A stretch of 64,000 nt of DNA from Dehalococcoidia bacterium (lineage in GTDB: Bacteria > Chloroflexota > Dehalococcoidia > Lucifugimonadales > UBA3495): assembly GCA_965207275.1 (NCBI GenBank), contig CBDBMH010000001.1:1056297-1120296 (forward strand), written 5' to 3'. The number at the start of each line of letters is the position of its first letter. Position 1 is the stretch's first letter. The notes below the pieces were generated by a model. The model worked only from the letters and a program-made list of their open reading frames with translations. It had not been told where the DNA came from and made no database searches. The translations under genes and the position numbers were made by a program. This document shows, piece after piece, positions 1-9,881 of this stretch.

Positions 1-266
1 GGCTGGGCGCAGTCGGCGGCCATAACGTGGCGTATGCCACTGCTCAGGACGTGGATGTGAGCGTCGATGAAACCAGGCAGGACCGTCTTGCCGTCCAGGT
101 CCAGAACTTCCGTGTCCGGACCCACCCAGTCGGCCACGTCGTCGGGGCTGCCCACGGCGGCAAAGCGACCGTGCAGCATGGCCAGCGCCCGGGCCCGGGG
201 CCGTTGGCCGTCAATGGTGATGATGTTGGCGTTTCGGATAACGGTGTCGGCGTAGATGGAAGGCAT
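1..266 (-). CDS. Amidohydrolase-3 (YtcJ-like) metallo-hydrolase, N-terminal part, runs off the window
   Basis: Manual translation from ATG at 266: MPSIYADTVIRNANIITID...DLDGKTVLPGFIDAHIH, with the PGFIDxHxH metal motif. Not in the ORF track. Confidence 0.85.
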   Translation of the reverse strand, partial: MPSIYADTVIRNANIITIDGQRPRARALAMLHGRFAAVGSPDDVADWVGPDTEVLDLDGKTVLPGFIDAHIHVLSSGIRHVMAADCAQ

Positions 267-366
267 GGCAATCTCCTTCAGGGAAGGCTGTCGGGCCAAT
301 TAAATGGCGAAAGGGTACACCGCCAGGGTAGGACCGGCAAATCAGCCTGATGGTGAACCAGTCGGT

Positions 367-1374
367 TCAGAATACCAGGAACGAAGTCGCAAGGAAGCCG
401 ATGAACATCGCGCCAAAGATGCTCGCGGCGGCCAGCCTGGGTTTGGACCAGGGCAAGTTGCCGGTCACAAATTTGACGCTGTCATCGGCAGAGATCCGGT
501 TCACCCAGAAATCGGTTTCTCGGTATCGGTATATTCTTGATGCAACGGCGTAGCAGGATACGCTCAGCCTTTGCATCACCACCGTCCCGCCTTCGGGCGT
601 TTGATATTCCTGAAACGACAGGCGACCGGGAAAAGAACCAAAATGCCTGGGAGCCAGGCCGTTCTTGAATCGGTCCGCAGCCATGCCGCCAAGCTGGTAG
701 TGGCGTTCTGCCGAGCGGGTGTAATGGCGGGTGGCAAGCAGGACGCGCAGTTTTTCGCCCGCACCGGCGCAGGCGCGGCAGACCACCCAGCCGGCTCCAC
801 CGCAGCGCTGGCACCGGACCCGGCCGGTGCTGCCGGAGTAGATACCCGCGCAGGCGGCGCAGTCCTCGGATCGAGTGCCCCGGCCGCCGCAGGACCAGCA
901 TTGCTCCTTTTGGTCTTGCCCCGCTCGTCCGCTCCCGCCGCAGGTGAAGCAGAAATCATTGCGAGTTCTCCGGCCCCGGCAGCTTGGGCACGGCACATCG
1001 GGGCTGCAATCGATTCTTCCCTTGCCCCTGCAGCGGTTGCACTTCAGTCTTTCTTCATTTTCGATGAAGGTGATGCGTCGATTTCGGAACTCAGAAGGGT
1101 GAGATGGGGAGTCCCAACCATATTCCCGCGCTTCGCCGACCCTCAGCGTCGCAATTCGCCTGCTTTCACTGACCGACAGGTACTCCGTAAGAAGTTTTTT
1201 GCACTCCAGGTTCTCTTCCTGGCAAAGGATTGCCTGCGATGCGAAGTCGGATGGCAGAAGCAGGCGCTGCCACCATCCCACGCCCCTCCATACGTCGAAG
1301 ACCCGCGCGGCCGGTGGCAATGGCCTTCGGCCAATCCACGAGCCAACCCGTTTTTTCAAGACGATCTGACGCAA
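367..1374 (-). CDS. DnaJ-type cysteine-rich zinc-finger protein with C-terminal membrane anchor, no J domain
   Basis: About seven CxxCxGxG-like repeats (CNRCRGKG, CFTCGGSG, CWSCGGRG, CQRCGGAG, CRACAGAG) and a hydrophobic C-terminus. Start uncertain. Confidence 0.7.
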   Translation of the reverse strand: MRQIVLKKRVGSWIGRRPLPPAARVFDVWRGVGWWQRLLLPSDFASQAILCQEENLECKKLLTEYLSVSESRRIATLRVGEAREYGWDSPSHPSEFRNRRITFIENEERLKCNRCRGKGRIDCSPDVPCPSCRGRRTRNDFCFTCGGSGRAGQDQKEQCWSCGGRGTRSEDCAACAGIYSGSTGRVRCQRCGGAGWVVCRACAGAGEKLRVLLATRHYTRSAERHYQLGGMAADRFKNGLAPRHFGSFPGRLSFQEYQTPEGGTVVMQRLSVSCYAVASRIYRYRETDFWVNRISADDSVKFVTGNLPWSKPRLAAASIFGAMFIGFLATSFLVF

Positions 1375-1473
1375 TGATGACCTCGTTCGATGCTATGCGC
1401 AGGGAGAGGGTACACCGGGGTAGTGGAGAGGGCAAGGGAAGGGCCGGATGGAACCGGAACCAAACCCGCCAAA

Positions 1474-1502
1474 TTGACGACGGTCATGCATTTGCCTAAA
1501 CT
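1474..1502 (+). promoter_or_regulatory. Putative sigma70 promoter
   Basis: TTGACG-N17-TAAACT upstream of the isochorismatase gene. Confidence 0.5.
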
Positions 1503-1553
1503 CCAGATCGCAAGAAGTTGACAGGCAGGTCAGGCGAACAGAGAGGTGCAGGC

Positions 1554-2150
1554 ATGGCGCAGCTAACCCTGGACAAGAGCAGGACGGTGGTGCTGGCCGC
1601 CGATTTCCATACCGAGGGCATGGGCGATAACCCCATGGTGCGGGAGCGGCAGACCTTTGAACGGGCGCAGAAGGTGCTGGAGGCAGCCCGCAGAAACGGG
1701 GTATTTGTGGCGTACATCGTGGTCAACTTTCGTCCGGGCTACCCGGAGATTTCCGACCGCAACCAGACTTTCAGCCAGCGCAAGGCCTCGGGCCAGGCGC
1801 CCCCGGCGGATCCGGTGTCGCTGATACATCCCTCGGTGCTGCCCAGGGAAGGGGAGCCGGTGATAGTCAAGCACCGGGTCAACGCCTTCCACGGCACGGA
1901 CCTGACCATGATCCTGGGCGCCCACAACATCGACACCCTGGTACTGATGGGCCACGCCACCAGTGGAGTGATTCTGTCCACGGTGCGGTACGGGGCCGAC
2001 GCCGATTATCGGCTGGTGGTAGTGGAGGACGGTTGCGCCGACCGGGACGCGGAGGTCCACGATTTCCTGATGGAGAAGATTTTTCCCCGACAGGCGACCA
2101 TCGCCAGCGCCGCGGAAGTTGTGGTGGCGCTGGGTGGAACTTGCCCGTAG
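1554..2150 (+). CDS. Isochorismatase/cysteine hydrolase family protein
   Basis: Motifs IVKHRVNAFHGTDL, GHATSGVILSTVR and VVEDGCAD. Confidence 0.85.
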   Translation: MAQLTLDKSRTVVLAADFHTEGMGDNPMVRERQTFERAQKVLEAARRNGVFVAYIVVNFRPGYPEISDRNQTFSQRKASGQAPPADPVSLIHPSVLPREGEPVIVKHRVNAFHGTDLTMILGAHNIDTLVLMGHATSGVILSTVRYGADADYRLVVVEDGCADRDAEVHDFLMEKIFPRQATIASAAEVVVALGGTCP

Positions 2151-2157
2151 AACCGCC

Positions 2158-2955
2158 CTACCCCGCTTCCCCAAACGCTCTTGCGGTGGCCCTGACCCGC
2201 TCCAATTCTATGGGGTTGCTAATCACCCCATCCTTTTTCAGGCTGGTGCCTACTATGGCTCCGTCGGCGTTGGGTAGATAACGGGAGGCGTTGCCGGCGT
2301 CTACGCCGCTGCCCACCAGCAGGGGACGGTCGGGCACGGCGCGGCGGACGGTTGCTACGTCGTCGGCGACGGCGGGCTGGCCGGTTACCGGCCCGGTTAC
2401 TATCAGGGCGTCGGCCAATCCCCGGTAGGCCGTCTCCCTCGAAATCAGGGCCAGGTCCGGCTCGCCCAGGGGCACCGCGTGCTTCACCAGTACATCGGCA
2501 AAGATGGCTACATGTTCGGCGTTCATCAACCGGCGACGGCGCAAGGTTTCTGATGCCTCGCCGGTAACCAGCCCCTCGTCGGCGGCCATGGTGCCGTAGT
2601 GGATATTGACGCGGATGAACTGGGCTTCGGCGGCCACCGCCACGGCCAGTGCGGAAAGGGCGTCGCTGCGCAGCATGTTGACCCCCACCGGCAGAGGAGT
2701 GGCGCTGCGCACCAGGTGCACGGCCCGGGTCATAGCCGCAACCGTCTCCGGCTCCACCCGCCCGATTCGGAAGGGGGCGTCGCCGAAGTTCTCCACGATG
2801 ATGCCGTCGGCCCCGCCTTCGGTCAAAATTGTCGCTTCGCATTCGGCCTGTTGCAGCACGGCAGACAGGTCGCCGCCCCAGCGGGGAGACCCGGGCAGGG
2901 GCGGCAGGTGAATGACGCCGATAAATGCTTTACTTTCGCCAAACAGCGATTGCAT
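2158..2955 (-). CDS. BtpA/SgcQ family protein
   Basis: Motifs IGVIHLPPLPGSP, DGIIVENFGDAPF and ADVLVKH. Confidence 0.9.
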   Translation of the reverse strand: MQSLFGESKAFIGVIHLPPLPGSPRWGGDLSAVLQQAECEATILTEGGADGIIVENFGDAPFRIGRVEPETVAAMTRAVHLVRSATPLPVGVNMLRSDALSALAVAVAAEAQFIRVNIHYGTMAADEGLVTGEASETLRRRRLMNAEHVAIFADVLVKHAVPLGEPDLALISRETAYRGLADALIVTGPVTGQPAVADDVATVRRAVPDRPLLVGSGVDAGNASRYLPNADGAIVGTSLKKDGVISNPIELERVRATARAFGEAG

Positions 2956-2973
2956 GTCCTTGCCTCGTTGCAG

Positions 2974-4155
2974 CTATGCCTCGCGGGGTCGGCGCCTGCT
3001 CCTTATTCTCCGGTATTCCTTTCTGCTCTGGTACCTCTTGCCGTGTCTCAGGGTTTCCTCCGGCTCCCGGGCGAAGCCGAATTGAGGGAAAGGAAGCACT
3101 TCGGGTTCGGCCACTTCACCGGGACGGGAACCTTTGATGGCCATGTGGCACTGGATGTATCCCCAGTTCACCAATCGTTTCTGCTCTTCCTCGGTAAAGG
3201 CGGCCAGCCGGGTCCGCATGGCGCACATGTACTTGACCCACCCGGCGCTAACCGGGAAAGGCGTCCGGTCAGGCTGTTCCGCCGGGTCCGTCCTGAGGGC
3301 CCAGAAAGAGCCCTCCTTGTCTCCTCGGGCAATATCCGCCATCAATTTGTCCACCCTCAGCTGGCGAATTTGCTCCAGGGCAGTGTGCAGGGGGTTGGTG
3401 ATTCTGGAGGTCCAAACCTCCCATTGAGGAATTTCATCCCGCCTGAAGGACTTGGTCCCGTCGGATACCAGGAGGTGTCTCATGTGTTGAATGGAATGGA
3501 GTCCCAAGCCGTCGCAGAAACCGGCGTCGGCCAGAGTTGCCGTCTTGGGACCTGTCCCCATTGAGTGGTTTGTTTGAAGTCCGCTGCTAAAGGGTTTGGG
3601 CTGCAACTGGAGGCGTACCGGGGAAAGGGCTGGCGGCAGCGCTGAGGACGCGGCCAGGACCTTCGCCAGGGGAACTTCTTTGGCGTCGATGATGCCGATT
3701 TCTCCGGCATCGACCCCTGACCTGGAAAAGCTCCAGTTACTCTCGGTTTCCAGGTGACAGGCGTTGAAAATGAAGTGCGGGTAGCTGGGTAACTGACCCA
3801 GGGTCACCGTGCCCACCAGGAGGTCTTCGTAGTGTCTTTCCAGGGCATCCGGACCAACCACTAGCCCGGCAAAGGCGCTGCCCACATCCAGATTGCGACT
3901 GCAAAGCTGAAGAATTGGCTCGGCTATCTCGTCCTTGAAGTTGCCGGCCTGGGAATCAAGGAAGTCCAGCTTCCTCCAGCGGGTTGCCAGAACCGCGGCC
4001 ACCAGCGCCCCCGCGGAAACTGCGGAAATGGCGCCGACCTCGGCCAGTTTGCCTGTTTCGTTCAGCCGCCACAGCGCGCCCAGGTGGAAGAGGCTGGCGC
4101 GAAAACCGCCTCCTGACAAGGCCAGCCCGATCTGCTCTTCTTGCGCCATCGTCAT
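2974..4155 (-). CDS. Patatin-like phospholipase
   Basis: LALSGGGFRA oxyanion motif, AVSAG nucleophile elbow, and DAG as a DGG variant. Confidence 0.85.
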   Translation of the reverse strand: MTMAQEEQIGLALSGGGFRASLFHLGALWRLNETGKLAEVGAISAVSAGALVAAVLATRWRKLDFLDSQAGNFKDEIAEPILQLCSRNLDVGSAFAGLVVGPDALERHYEDLLVGTVTLGQLPSYPHFIFNACHLETESNWSFSRSGVDAGEIGIIDAKEVPLAKVLAASSALPPALSPVRLQLQPKPFSSGLQTNHSMGTGPKTATLADAGFCDGLGLHSIQHMRHLLVSDGTKSFRRDEIPQWEVWTSRITNPLHTALEQIRQLRVDKLMADIARGDKEGSFWALRTDPAEQPDRTPFPVSAGWVKYMCAMRTRLAAFTEEEQKRLVNWGYIQCHMAIKGSRPGEVAEPEVLPFPQFGFAREPEETLRHGKRYQSRKEYRRIRSRRRPREA

Positions 4156-4252
4156 GTCGATTGTCCCGGCAAATGCTCTTCCGGCTTGCGTGGATTCAAT
4201 AGTCAGTCAATGAGATTGCGCAGATTGCCCTTTTGTACGGGTTTGCCTCCCT

Positions 4253-5236
4253 TCACCTGGAAGGGAACCTTGCAGCCAGTATATCAATTATCAGCGCGGC
4301 GCCCAATTGGCTGGTGAGTTCCGACGAATCGTAGGGTGGCGCCACCTCCACCAGGTCGAAGGCTACCAGGTTGTGGCCGGCAACCAGGGCGGCCAGGCAG
4401 TCGCGCATTTCGTGGTAGAAGAGGCCTCCGATCTCAGGGGTGCCGGTGCCCGGGGCCTGGCTGGGGTCCATCACGTCGATGTCCAGGGTAATGTACAGGT
4501 TCTCGCCTCGGGGTATCTGATCCGCGATGGCCCTGGGCCCCAGCGAGCGGAACTGGCTGGTGGTGATAATCAGGCTGCCGTCCCGCTGAGAATCCTCGTA
4601 AGGCTGGCGGCGGGCGGTACGGATACCAATGGAAGTGATGTGGCTGACAAAAGGCAATTCGCGACAGCGGCGGATGGGGCTGCCGTGGGTGTAAAGTTCG
4701 CCCTGGTAATCGTGGCTGTAGTCCAGGTGGGCGTCGAAGTGGACGATGTTCAGGGGCGCAAACCTGCTCAACCCCCGCACTACCGGGAAAGTGATGGCAT
4801 GGTCGCCGCCCACTACCACGGGGAAGGAACCCCGCTCCACCACTTTCTCCACCGCCTCGGTCAGCTTGTCAAAGTTGCGGTGGACGTTGCTGGGGATAGT
4901 GGTAATGTTGCCGCAGTCGGCCATGGTGACCCCCCGCAGCAGTTCGTCACCGGCCTCGATGTTGTAGAAGCCCTCGGCTTCCTGCTGGCGGCCAAAGGGG
5001 TCGGTGTAGGAATAGGCGCGGGGAGCGTCGCGGATGGCGTCGGGGCCGTAGCGGGCCCCGGGGCGGCCCAGGGTTCCCTGGTCGAAGGGCATGCCGATGA
5101 AGGCTACGTCGGCCCCCAGTTCGTCCAGGCTGGCGCACAGGGGCGCCTTGAAAAAAGTACGGGGCTGGGCCCGCAGGATGGGCCAGTTTTCGGTTGCTCC
5201 GGTTGATTCACCGCTACCCGCCACTGTTTCGGTCAT
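4253..5236 (-). CDS. Agmatinase/ureohydrolase family protein
   Basis: Motifs GGDHAIT, DAHLD and DIDVMDPSQAPGTGTP. Confidence 0.9.
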   Translation of the reverse strand: MTETVAGSGESTGATENWPILRAQPRTFFKAPLCASLDELGADVAFIGMPFDQGTLGRPGARYGPDAIRDAPRAYSYTDPFGRQQEAEGFYNIEAGDELLRGVTMADCGNITTIPSNVHRNFDKLTEAVEKVVERGSFPVVVGGDHAITFPVVRGLSRFAPLNIVHFDAHLDYSHDYQGELYTHGSPIRRCRELPFVSHITSIGIRTARRQPYEDSQRDGSLIITTSQFRSLGPRAIADQIPRGENLYITLDIDVMDPSQAPGTGTPEIGGLFYHEMRDCLAALVAGHNLVAFDLVEVAPPYDSSELTSQLGAALIIDILAARFPSR

Positions 5237-5298
5237 GGCATTCCTTATATTCGACTCGCCGGCAAGTGCTGAAATCCCAGCTTCGATGGTCTGGCGTT

Positions 5299-5631
5299 CT
5301 ATAGTTTGGTGAAGACCCCGTCAAACCGGCCGTCAGCGTTGCATTGAACACTTATCTGCCGGTTGATGGCACTCTTATTGACAGGCCCATAGACATGGGG
5401 GTACTTCTCCTGCCCGCTCTGCTCGTACCTGGTCTCGGGCTCCAGCTTGGTCGGCATTAGCTCCAGGATGACCAGGTCATTCCTACCTGGGAAGTACCTG
5501 CTGGCCACCGATTCGAGCTGGTGAAGGTCCGAGCAGTGAATGAAGCGCTCTTCGTTATATGCAGAGGGTGCATACACCTCGGCGTTAACTTGGAGATCCC
5601 ATTCCTCCTGCGTGGCGATATGATAGATCAT
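5299..5631 (-). CDS. DUF952 family protein
   Basis: MIYHIAT...FIHCS...YPHVYGPVN. Start placed at ATG 5631. Confidence 0.85.
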   Translation of the reverse strand: MIYHIATQEEWDLQVNAEVYAPSAYNEERFIHCSDLHQLESVASRYFPGRNDLVILELMPTKLEPETRYEQSGQEKYPHVYGPVNKSAINRQISVQCNADGRFDGVFTKL

Positions 5632-5817
5632 CGGTCTATGGGCGCAACGCAATGAATGGTTGTCGCCCACTTGCCTCCTCTTTGCCTGAGGTATGGGGTC
5701 AAATTGGCTCGGCAACCATTATATCAAAATGGGTATAGACGGACTGGTATTGGAATTGCAAGCCGGAATATTTCCATATCTGCTATCATAAGATCAACCC
5801 CTTGGAGCCGAGTATCC

Positions 5818-6348
5818 ATGACGACGCCCAATCCTGACCGCGAGACCCGACAGGGACACCGTGACAAGTCGGAGCGCTACTTCCAGTTGAGCCGGTGGCT
5901 GCTGAAACACGCCCAGGAACAACTGGAGCGAGGCGACACTGTGCAGGCGTCGGAAAAGGCCTATGGTGCCGTGTTCCACGCAGCCAAGGGATACGGGGAG
6001 TTGCGCGGTTGGAACCACTTTAACCACTATCGAGTGGGATTAATCTACGACCAACTTAGCGATGAAGAATACAACCTTAATTTATCATCGGATTTCGGCA
6101 TCATTGAATCGCTTCATAACAACTTCCTGGAATACGAACTGCCCACCAATAGAGTGCGTGGTGGCCTCGAAGTTGCTAAGAGATTGGTTGAAAGGCTCGA
6201 GAGCCTGCGAAATACTCAGCCCAACTCTTTGCCGTCATCTGCCCTCGACCGAGAGCAACGGCGCCGTTTAAGCCTGCTGATGCAGCCGCCTGCCCGGGAA
6301 CAGGTCCCGGTGGAAGAACTGCCGCCCCTGGAAAAATTGCCGGAGTAG
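5818..6348 (+). CDS. PaREP1/HEPN-like protein
   Basis: GDTVQASEKAYGA and LHNNF motifs typical of PaREP1. Lower-GC core. Confidence 0.7.
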   Translation: MTTPNPDRETRQGHRDKSERYFQLSRWLLKHAQEQLERGDTVQASEKAYGAVFHAAKGYGELRGWNHFNHYRVGLIYDQLSDEEYNLNLSSDFGIIESLHNNFLEYELPTNRVRGGLEVAKRLVERLESLRNTQPNSLPSSALDREQRRRLSLLMQPPAREQVPVEELPPLEKLPE

Positions 6349-6359
6349 TATCGCGCTTC

Positions 6360-6830
6360 ATGCCTTCCCGCACCCTGGACCTCCACGGCAAGACCTGGGC
6401 CGAATCTCTTGCCGAGTTCCGCGACCTTTACAACGAGGTGGCCCGGAGCCACCCGTCCGGCGGAGTGCAGTTGGAAATAGTCCACGGCTACGGTTCCACG
6501 GGGCAGGGGGGAAGGCTGCAGACCAGCCTGCGGAATTACCTGGAGCGGCAGAGCCGGGCGGGCCTGCTTTCCTACCGGGCCGGGGAGGCTGTGGACGGCA
6601 ACCCGGGCCACACTCTGGTAACCACCCTGAAACCGCTTCCCGCAGCCGGCGATGATCTGGCCGACAGCATATGGGAGTTCTGTGCTCATCCCCAGTCCCA
6701 CCGCAAGGTGATGAACCGCTTCCGCCGTCACGGCGACCCGCAGGTGCAGCGCGCCTTACAGGACTTACGGGGACAAAAGCGGTTGAGGCCCGTTACCGTG
6801 GGCCGCGAAAAGGGCTACCAGGCAGTCTGA
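6360..6830 (+). CDS. Stand-alone Smr (small MutS-related) domain protein
   Basis: Motifs LDLHG, IVHGYG and GNPGHT. Confidence 0.8.
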   Translation: MPSRTLDLHGKTWAESLAEFRDLYNEVARSHPSGGVQLEIVHGYGSTGQGGRLQTSLRNYLERQSRAGLLSYRAGEAVDGNPGHTLVTTLKPLPAAGDDLADSIWEFCAHPQSHRKVMNRFRRHGDPQVQRALQDLRGQKRLRPVTVGREKGYQAV

Positions 6831-6837
6831 AGGCTGC

Positions 6838-7569
6838 TCAATTACTTCCCTGTCCTACGGTCCCAGCCCGCAGCTTCTGCAACAGCGGGATTGCCGCAAT
6901 CTTTTTCTCGTCCAGGTATTCCCAGTAGATGCCCTTGGGGTGAGGCAGGTTTCCGGGGCAGGGGATAACCTCGTCCGGGGTTACGGCGAAGTCCAGGGGA
7001 ACGTCATGTTCGGTGCGGGGCAGGTCTTCGGACAGTAGTTGCATGGGATGTATGGTGGTAATAACGGGGATGTCCGGAGTAACTATGCCCGCAGCGGTGG
7101 CCAGGCCGTACTCCAGGTCAGCGTATCCGCCGCCCTTGCCGACCCGCACCCCCTCGCGGTTAACTGCCACTGAGCCTGAAATTACCAGATCCACCTGCTT
7201 CATTTCCTCGACGAATACGGGACGGCCATGGCGGAAGGCGCCGCTGATGGTGGATCCCTGGGCCGGGGTGCAGGCCATTTCAGCGGGGTCAAGCTCCACG
7301 AAGCAGCGCTCGTCTCGCAGGCGGGGCACGGCCATGTATAAGAGCTTTCCTTCCTCCAGAGCCTGCTGGCGCAAGGGCCGCTGGGCCCTGTCCGGGTTGC
7401 TCTTGATAACCCGCGCGCGCTGCCAGACTTCCAGGTCAAAGACCCGCTCGGCGGCCTCTCTGGAGCCGTAGAAGTCGGGTATCTTGTCGTGAACGGTGCG
7501 GCCCCGCACTACCTTTGCCTGCTCCAGGGCCGTCCAGACTTCCTCGCGAATGGCAAACTTGTCCCGCAT
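6838..7569 (-). CDS. 5-formyltetrahydrofolate cyclo-ligase family protein
   Basis: Motifs GSVAVNREGVRVGKGGGYAD and HDVPLD. Confidence 0.9.
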   Translation of the reverse strand: MRDKFAIREEVWTALEQAKVVRGRTVHDKIPDFYGSREAAERVFDLEVWQRARVIKSNPDRAQRPLRQQALEEGKLLYMAVPRLRDERCFVELDPAEMACTPAQGSTISGAFRHGRPVFVEEMKQVDLVISGSVAVNREGVRVGKGGGYADLEYGLATAAGIVTPDIPVITTIHPMQLLSEDLPRTEHDVPLDFAVTPDEVIPCPGNLPHPKGIYWEYLDEKKIAAIPLLQKLRAGTVGQGSN

Positions 7570-7585
7570 ATTTCACCTTTTATTC

Positions 7586-7697
7586 ACATGGATGGACAGG
7601 ATGAACAGGATGGGGTTGGTTGATGGTAAAGGGATTCGGGATCCCAACAATTGTCGCTAGAATCAACAAATCCTCTCTAACCTGTACATCCATGTTT
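7586..7697. repeat. Intergenic inverted-repeat element, family C (ACATGGATGGACAGGATGAACAGGAT...CATCCATGT)
   Basis: Terminal inverted repeats. Further copies at 12924-13037 and 28971-29025. Confidence 0.75.
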
Positions 7698-7704
7698 GAT
7701 ATTC

Positions 7705-8988
7705 TCAGATGGCCCTGACGTAGTCGGCGAAGCTGGCCACCTGGGGCTGGCCGGCCATGTCGATCAGGATGTGTTGGCTTTCCATGGGCTGGCCGTTGAG
7801 CCGGTCCAGCAGCCAGTCGGCAATGAATGTCTGGGGATTGGGCCCCAGATCTGACGACGACGATCCACCCAGACCGTGGTCGGCGCCTTCGTACAATACC
7901 AGCTGCTTTGGCCCCGCGATGGTATTCATCAATTCATAGGTGCACTCAATGGGGCTGAGGTGGTCGTCCTCGCCGGCCAGCGCCAGGTAGGGGCAGGTCA
8001 CTTTTTCGCCCAGGCCCTCCAGGGTCATGGTCTCAGCAAAGCGGTCAAACTCGTCCTCGTCCTCGTAGCCGGCCATGTACATAAACCGCAGCTTGAAGGT
8101 GGGCGATGCCAGGTTGAAGATGGCGTTCATGCCGGGCTCGTGGCATACGGCCTGCACCGCGCAGCCCTTTAGTCGGTCGTCGATGGACGCTACCTGGGTA
8201 CCCCAGAAGGAACCCATGCTGGTGCCCTTGATGGCGATGCGGTCGGGGTCGATCTCCGGCTGGGCGCGCATCCAGTCCAGGACGGCGCGTCCGGCCTCCA
8301 TCCAGTTGGTGGCGGTTACGTTGATGCCCCGCTGCAGAGCCTCCTTCTGGCCGGGGCCGTCGATGGACAGGACGGCGATGCCCCGCTCCAGCAAGCGGTC
8401 GCCGTACAGGGCTACGCCCGTTTCCTTGAAGCTGTCCATGCCGGGTATGCTCATCACGCAGGGCAAGAGCCCCCGATTGCCGTTGGTGGCGGCGCGGTCA
8501 AAGGGTACGTTGGGCAGGTGGAACCAGGCGGGGATGGCGGTGTGGCCGAAAGGTATGTCCACCCTCCTGATTTCGTGATTGGCGTACCGGGTGTACCTGG
8601 TGTAGCATTCCACTTTCTGGTCGCCCAGGCGTTCGTTTTCCGGGGTGTGGGCGAAGATAGGCCACTGGGCGCTGCCGTACAGCAGGGACGCGATGAAGTA
8701 GCTTTCCCCGGCCGCTACCAGGTGACCCTCAGCCTCGTGCTGGCGGGCCTTGTTCTCCCGGCGGACGGCGGCGCGCCGGAACTCACGGCTGGCGTCATTG
8801 AACCGCCTGGTGCGGGCGCGCACCCCGTTGAAGTCGGGGGCAGCCTCGGGTCCGCAGGGGCCCAGGGTGTAACCGATGCGCCGCTGGTCCCACTCAATCC
8901 CCACGGTCTGGATTACCACGTCCAGCAGCCAGCGCTGGTCCTGCCAGCGTTTCATACGTCGTTCAATGGCGGCTTCCATAGCAGGCAT
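7705..8988 (-). CDS. Alpha/beta hydrolase, FrsA/dihydroxypseudooxynicotine-hydrolase-like
   Basis: Motifs PGMDSFKE, IDGPGQ and the GTSMG nucleophile. Start uncertain (8955-9024). Confidence 0.8.
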   Translation of the reverse strand: MPAMEAAIERRMKRWQDQRWLLDVVIQTVGIEWDQRRIGYTLGPCGPEAAPDFNGVRARTRRFNDASREFRRAAVRRENKARQHEAEGHLVAAGESYFIASLLYGSAQWPIFAHTPENERLGDQKVECYTRYTRYANHEIRRVDIPFGHTAIPAWFHLPNVPFDRAATNGNRGLLPCVMSIPGMDSFKETGVALYGDRLLERGIAVLSIDGPGQKEALQRGINVTATNWMEAGRAVLDWMRAQPEIDPDRIAIKGTSMGSFWGTQVASIDDRLKGCAVQAVCHEPGMNAIFNLASPTFKLRFMYMAGYEDEDEFDRFAETMTLEGLGEKVTCPYLALAGEDDHLSPIECTYELMNTIAGPKQLVLYEGADHGLGGSSSSDLGPNPQTFIADWLLDRLNGQPMESQHILIDMAGQPQVASFADYVRAI

Positions 8989-9174
8989 AGACAATATCCT
9001 CGCAGCATGCAAAGTCGCCACCAATTATAGCGGGAAATTATCCCTTTGGACGTTGAAAGCTGGGCAGTTTAAGCCGGGCGTGGTTCCTTGAATAACAGGC
9101 CCCGTCCCCTTATCATCATTTCATTCAACTGTCTCAGGCGAGCGTTAAAGGTCTCGTGAGGCGCAGGTGTTGTC

Positions 9175-9834
9175 ATGACTACGCAGGCGAAGACCCCGGC
9201 GAGGACCCAAGTTCCCGAGGCTTATGCGCCGGCTCCCCAGACCCGCAAGTTCACGGTTGTGGAATACTACCGCATGGGTGAGGTGGGTATTTTGGGGCCT
9301 GAAGAGAGGGTGGAACTTATTGACGGGGAGATCATAGTTATGCCGCCTATCGGCCCAAGTCACGCCGACAGCGTGGATGGCTTCATTGACACCTTTGGTG
9401 CGCATGCGCGGGGACGTTTCCGTATCCGTATCCAAAACCCCATTCACCTGAACGATGGGTCGGAACCGCAGCCGGACATTTCTCTTCTGCGCCTCCGCCC
9501 TGGAGGCTACGCGGCGGCTCACCCCACCCCCGCCGACGTGCTGCTGGTTATAGAGGTGGCGGATTCATCCCTGGAATATGACCGGGGAGTCAAGGCCCAG
9601 GTATACGGGCGCGCCGGTATTCCCGAAACCTGGGTCAAAAACCTGCCGGAGGACTGCATCGAGCGGTTCACTGAACCGGGCCCCGAAGGTTATGCCCGGC
9701 ACACCGTCCACCGTCGGGGGGAGACGCTGACGCCCGTGTCCCTGCCGGACCTGGAGTTGCCGGTGGATGAACTGCTGCCGCCGTTGTCTGCGGAAGAACA
9801 GCGCCCGGACGTAAGTCAGCCCTCCAGCGAATAG
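9175..9834 (+). CDS. Uma2 family PD-(D/E)XK endonuclease-like protein
   Basis: Motifs RVELIDGEII, EPQPD, LVIEVADSSLEYDR and YGRAGIPE. Confidence 0.9.
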   Translation: MTTQAKTPARTQVPEAYAPAPQTRKFTVVEYYRMGEVGILGPEERVELIDGEIIVMPPIGPSHADSVDGFIDTFGAHARGRFRIRIQNPIHLNDGSEPQPDISLLRLRPGGYAAAHPTPADVLLVIEVADSSLEYDRGVKAQVYGRAGIPETWVKNLPEDCIERFTEPGPEGYARHTVHRRGETLTPVSLPDLELPVDELLPPLSAEEQRPDVSQPSSE

Positions 9835-9881
9835 AGTCCGGGAATCTCGCCCCTTAGCAACTCCAGGAGGATTCAAGGTCC

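Noticed and set aside
2974-4155. Patatin as a CBASS CapV effector
   Set aside because: No cyclase or other CBASS genes nearby.
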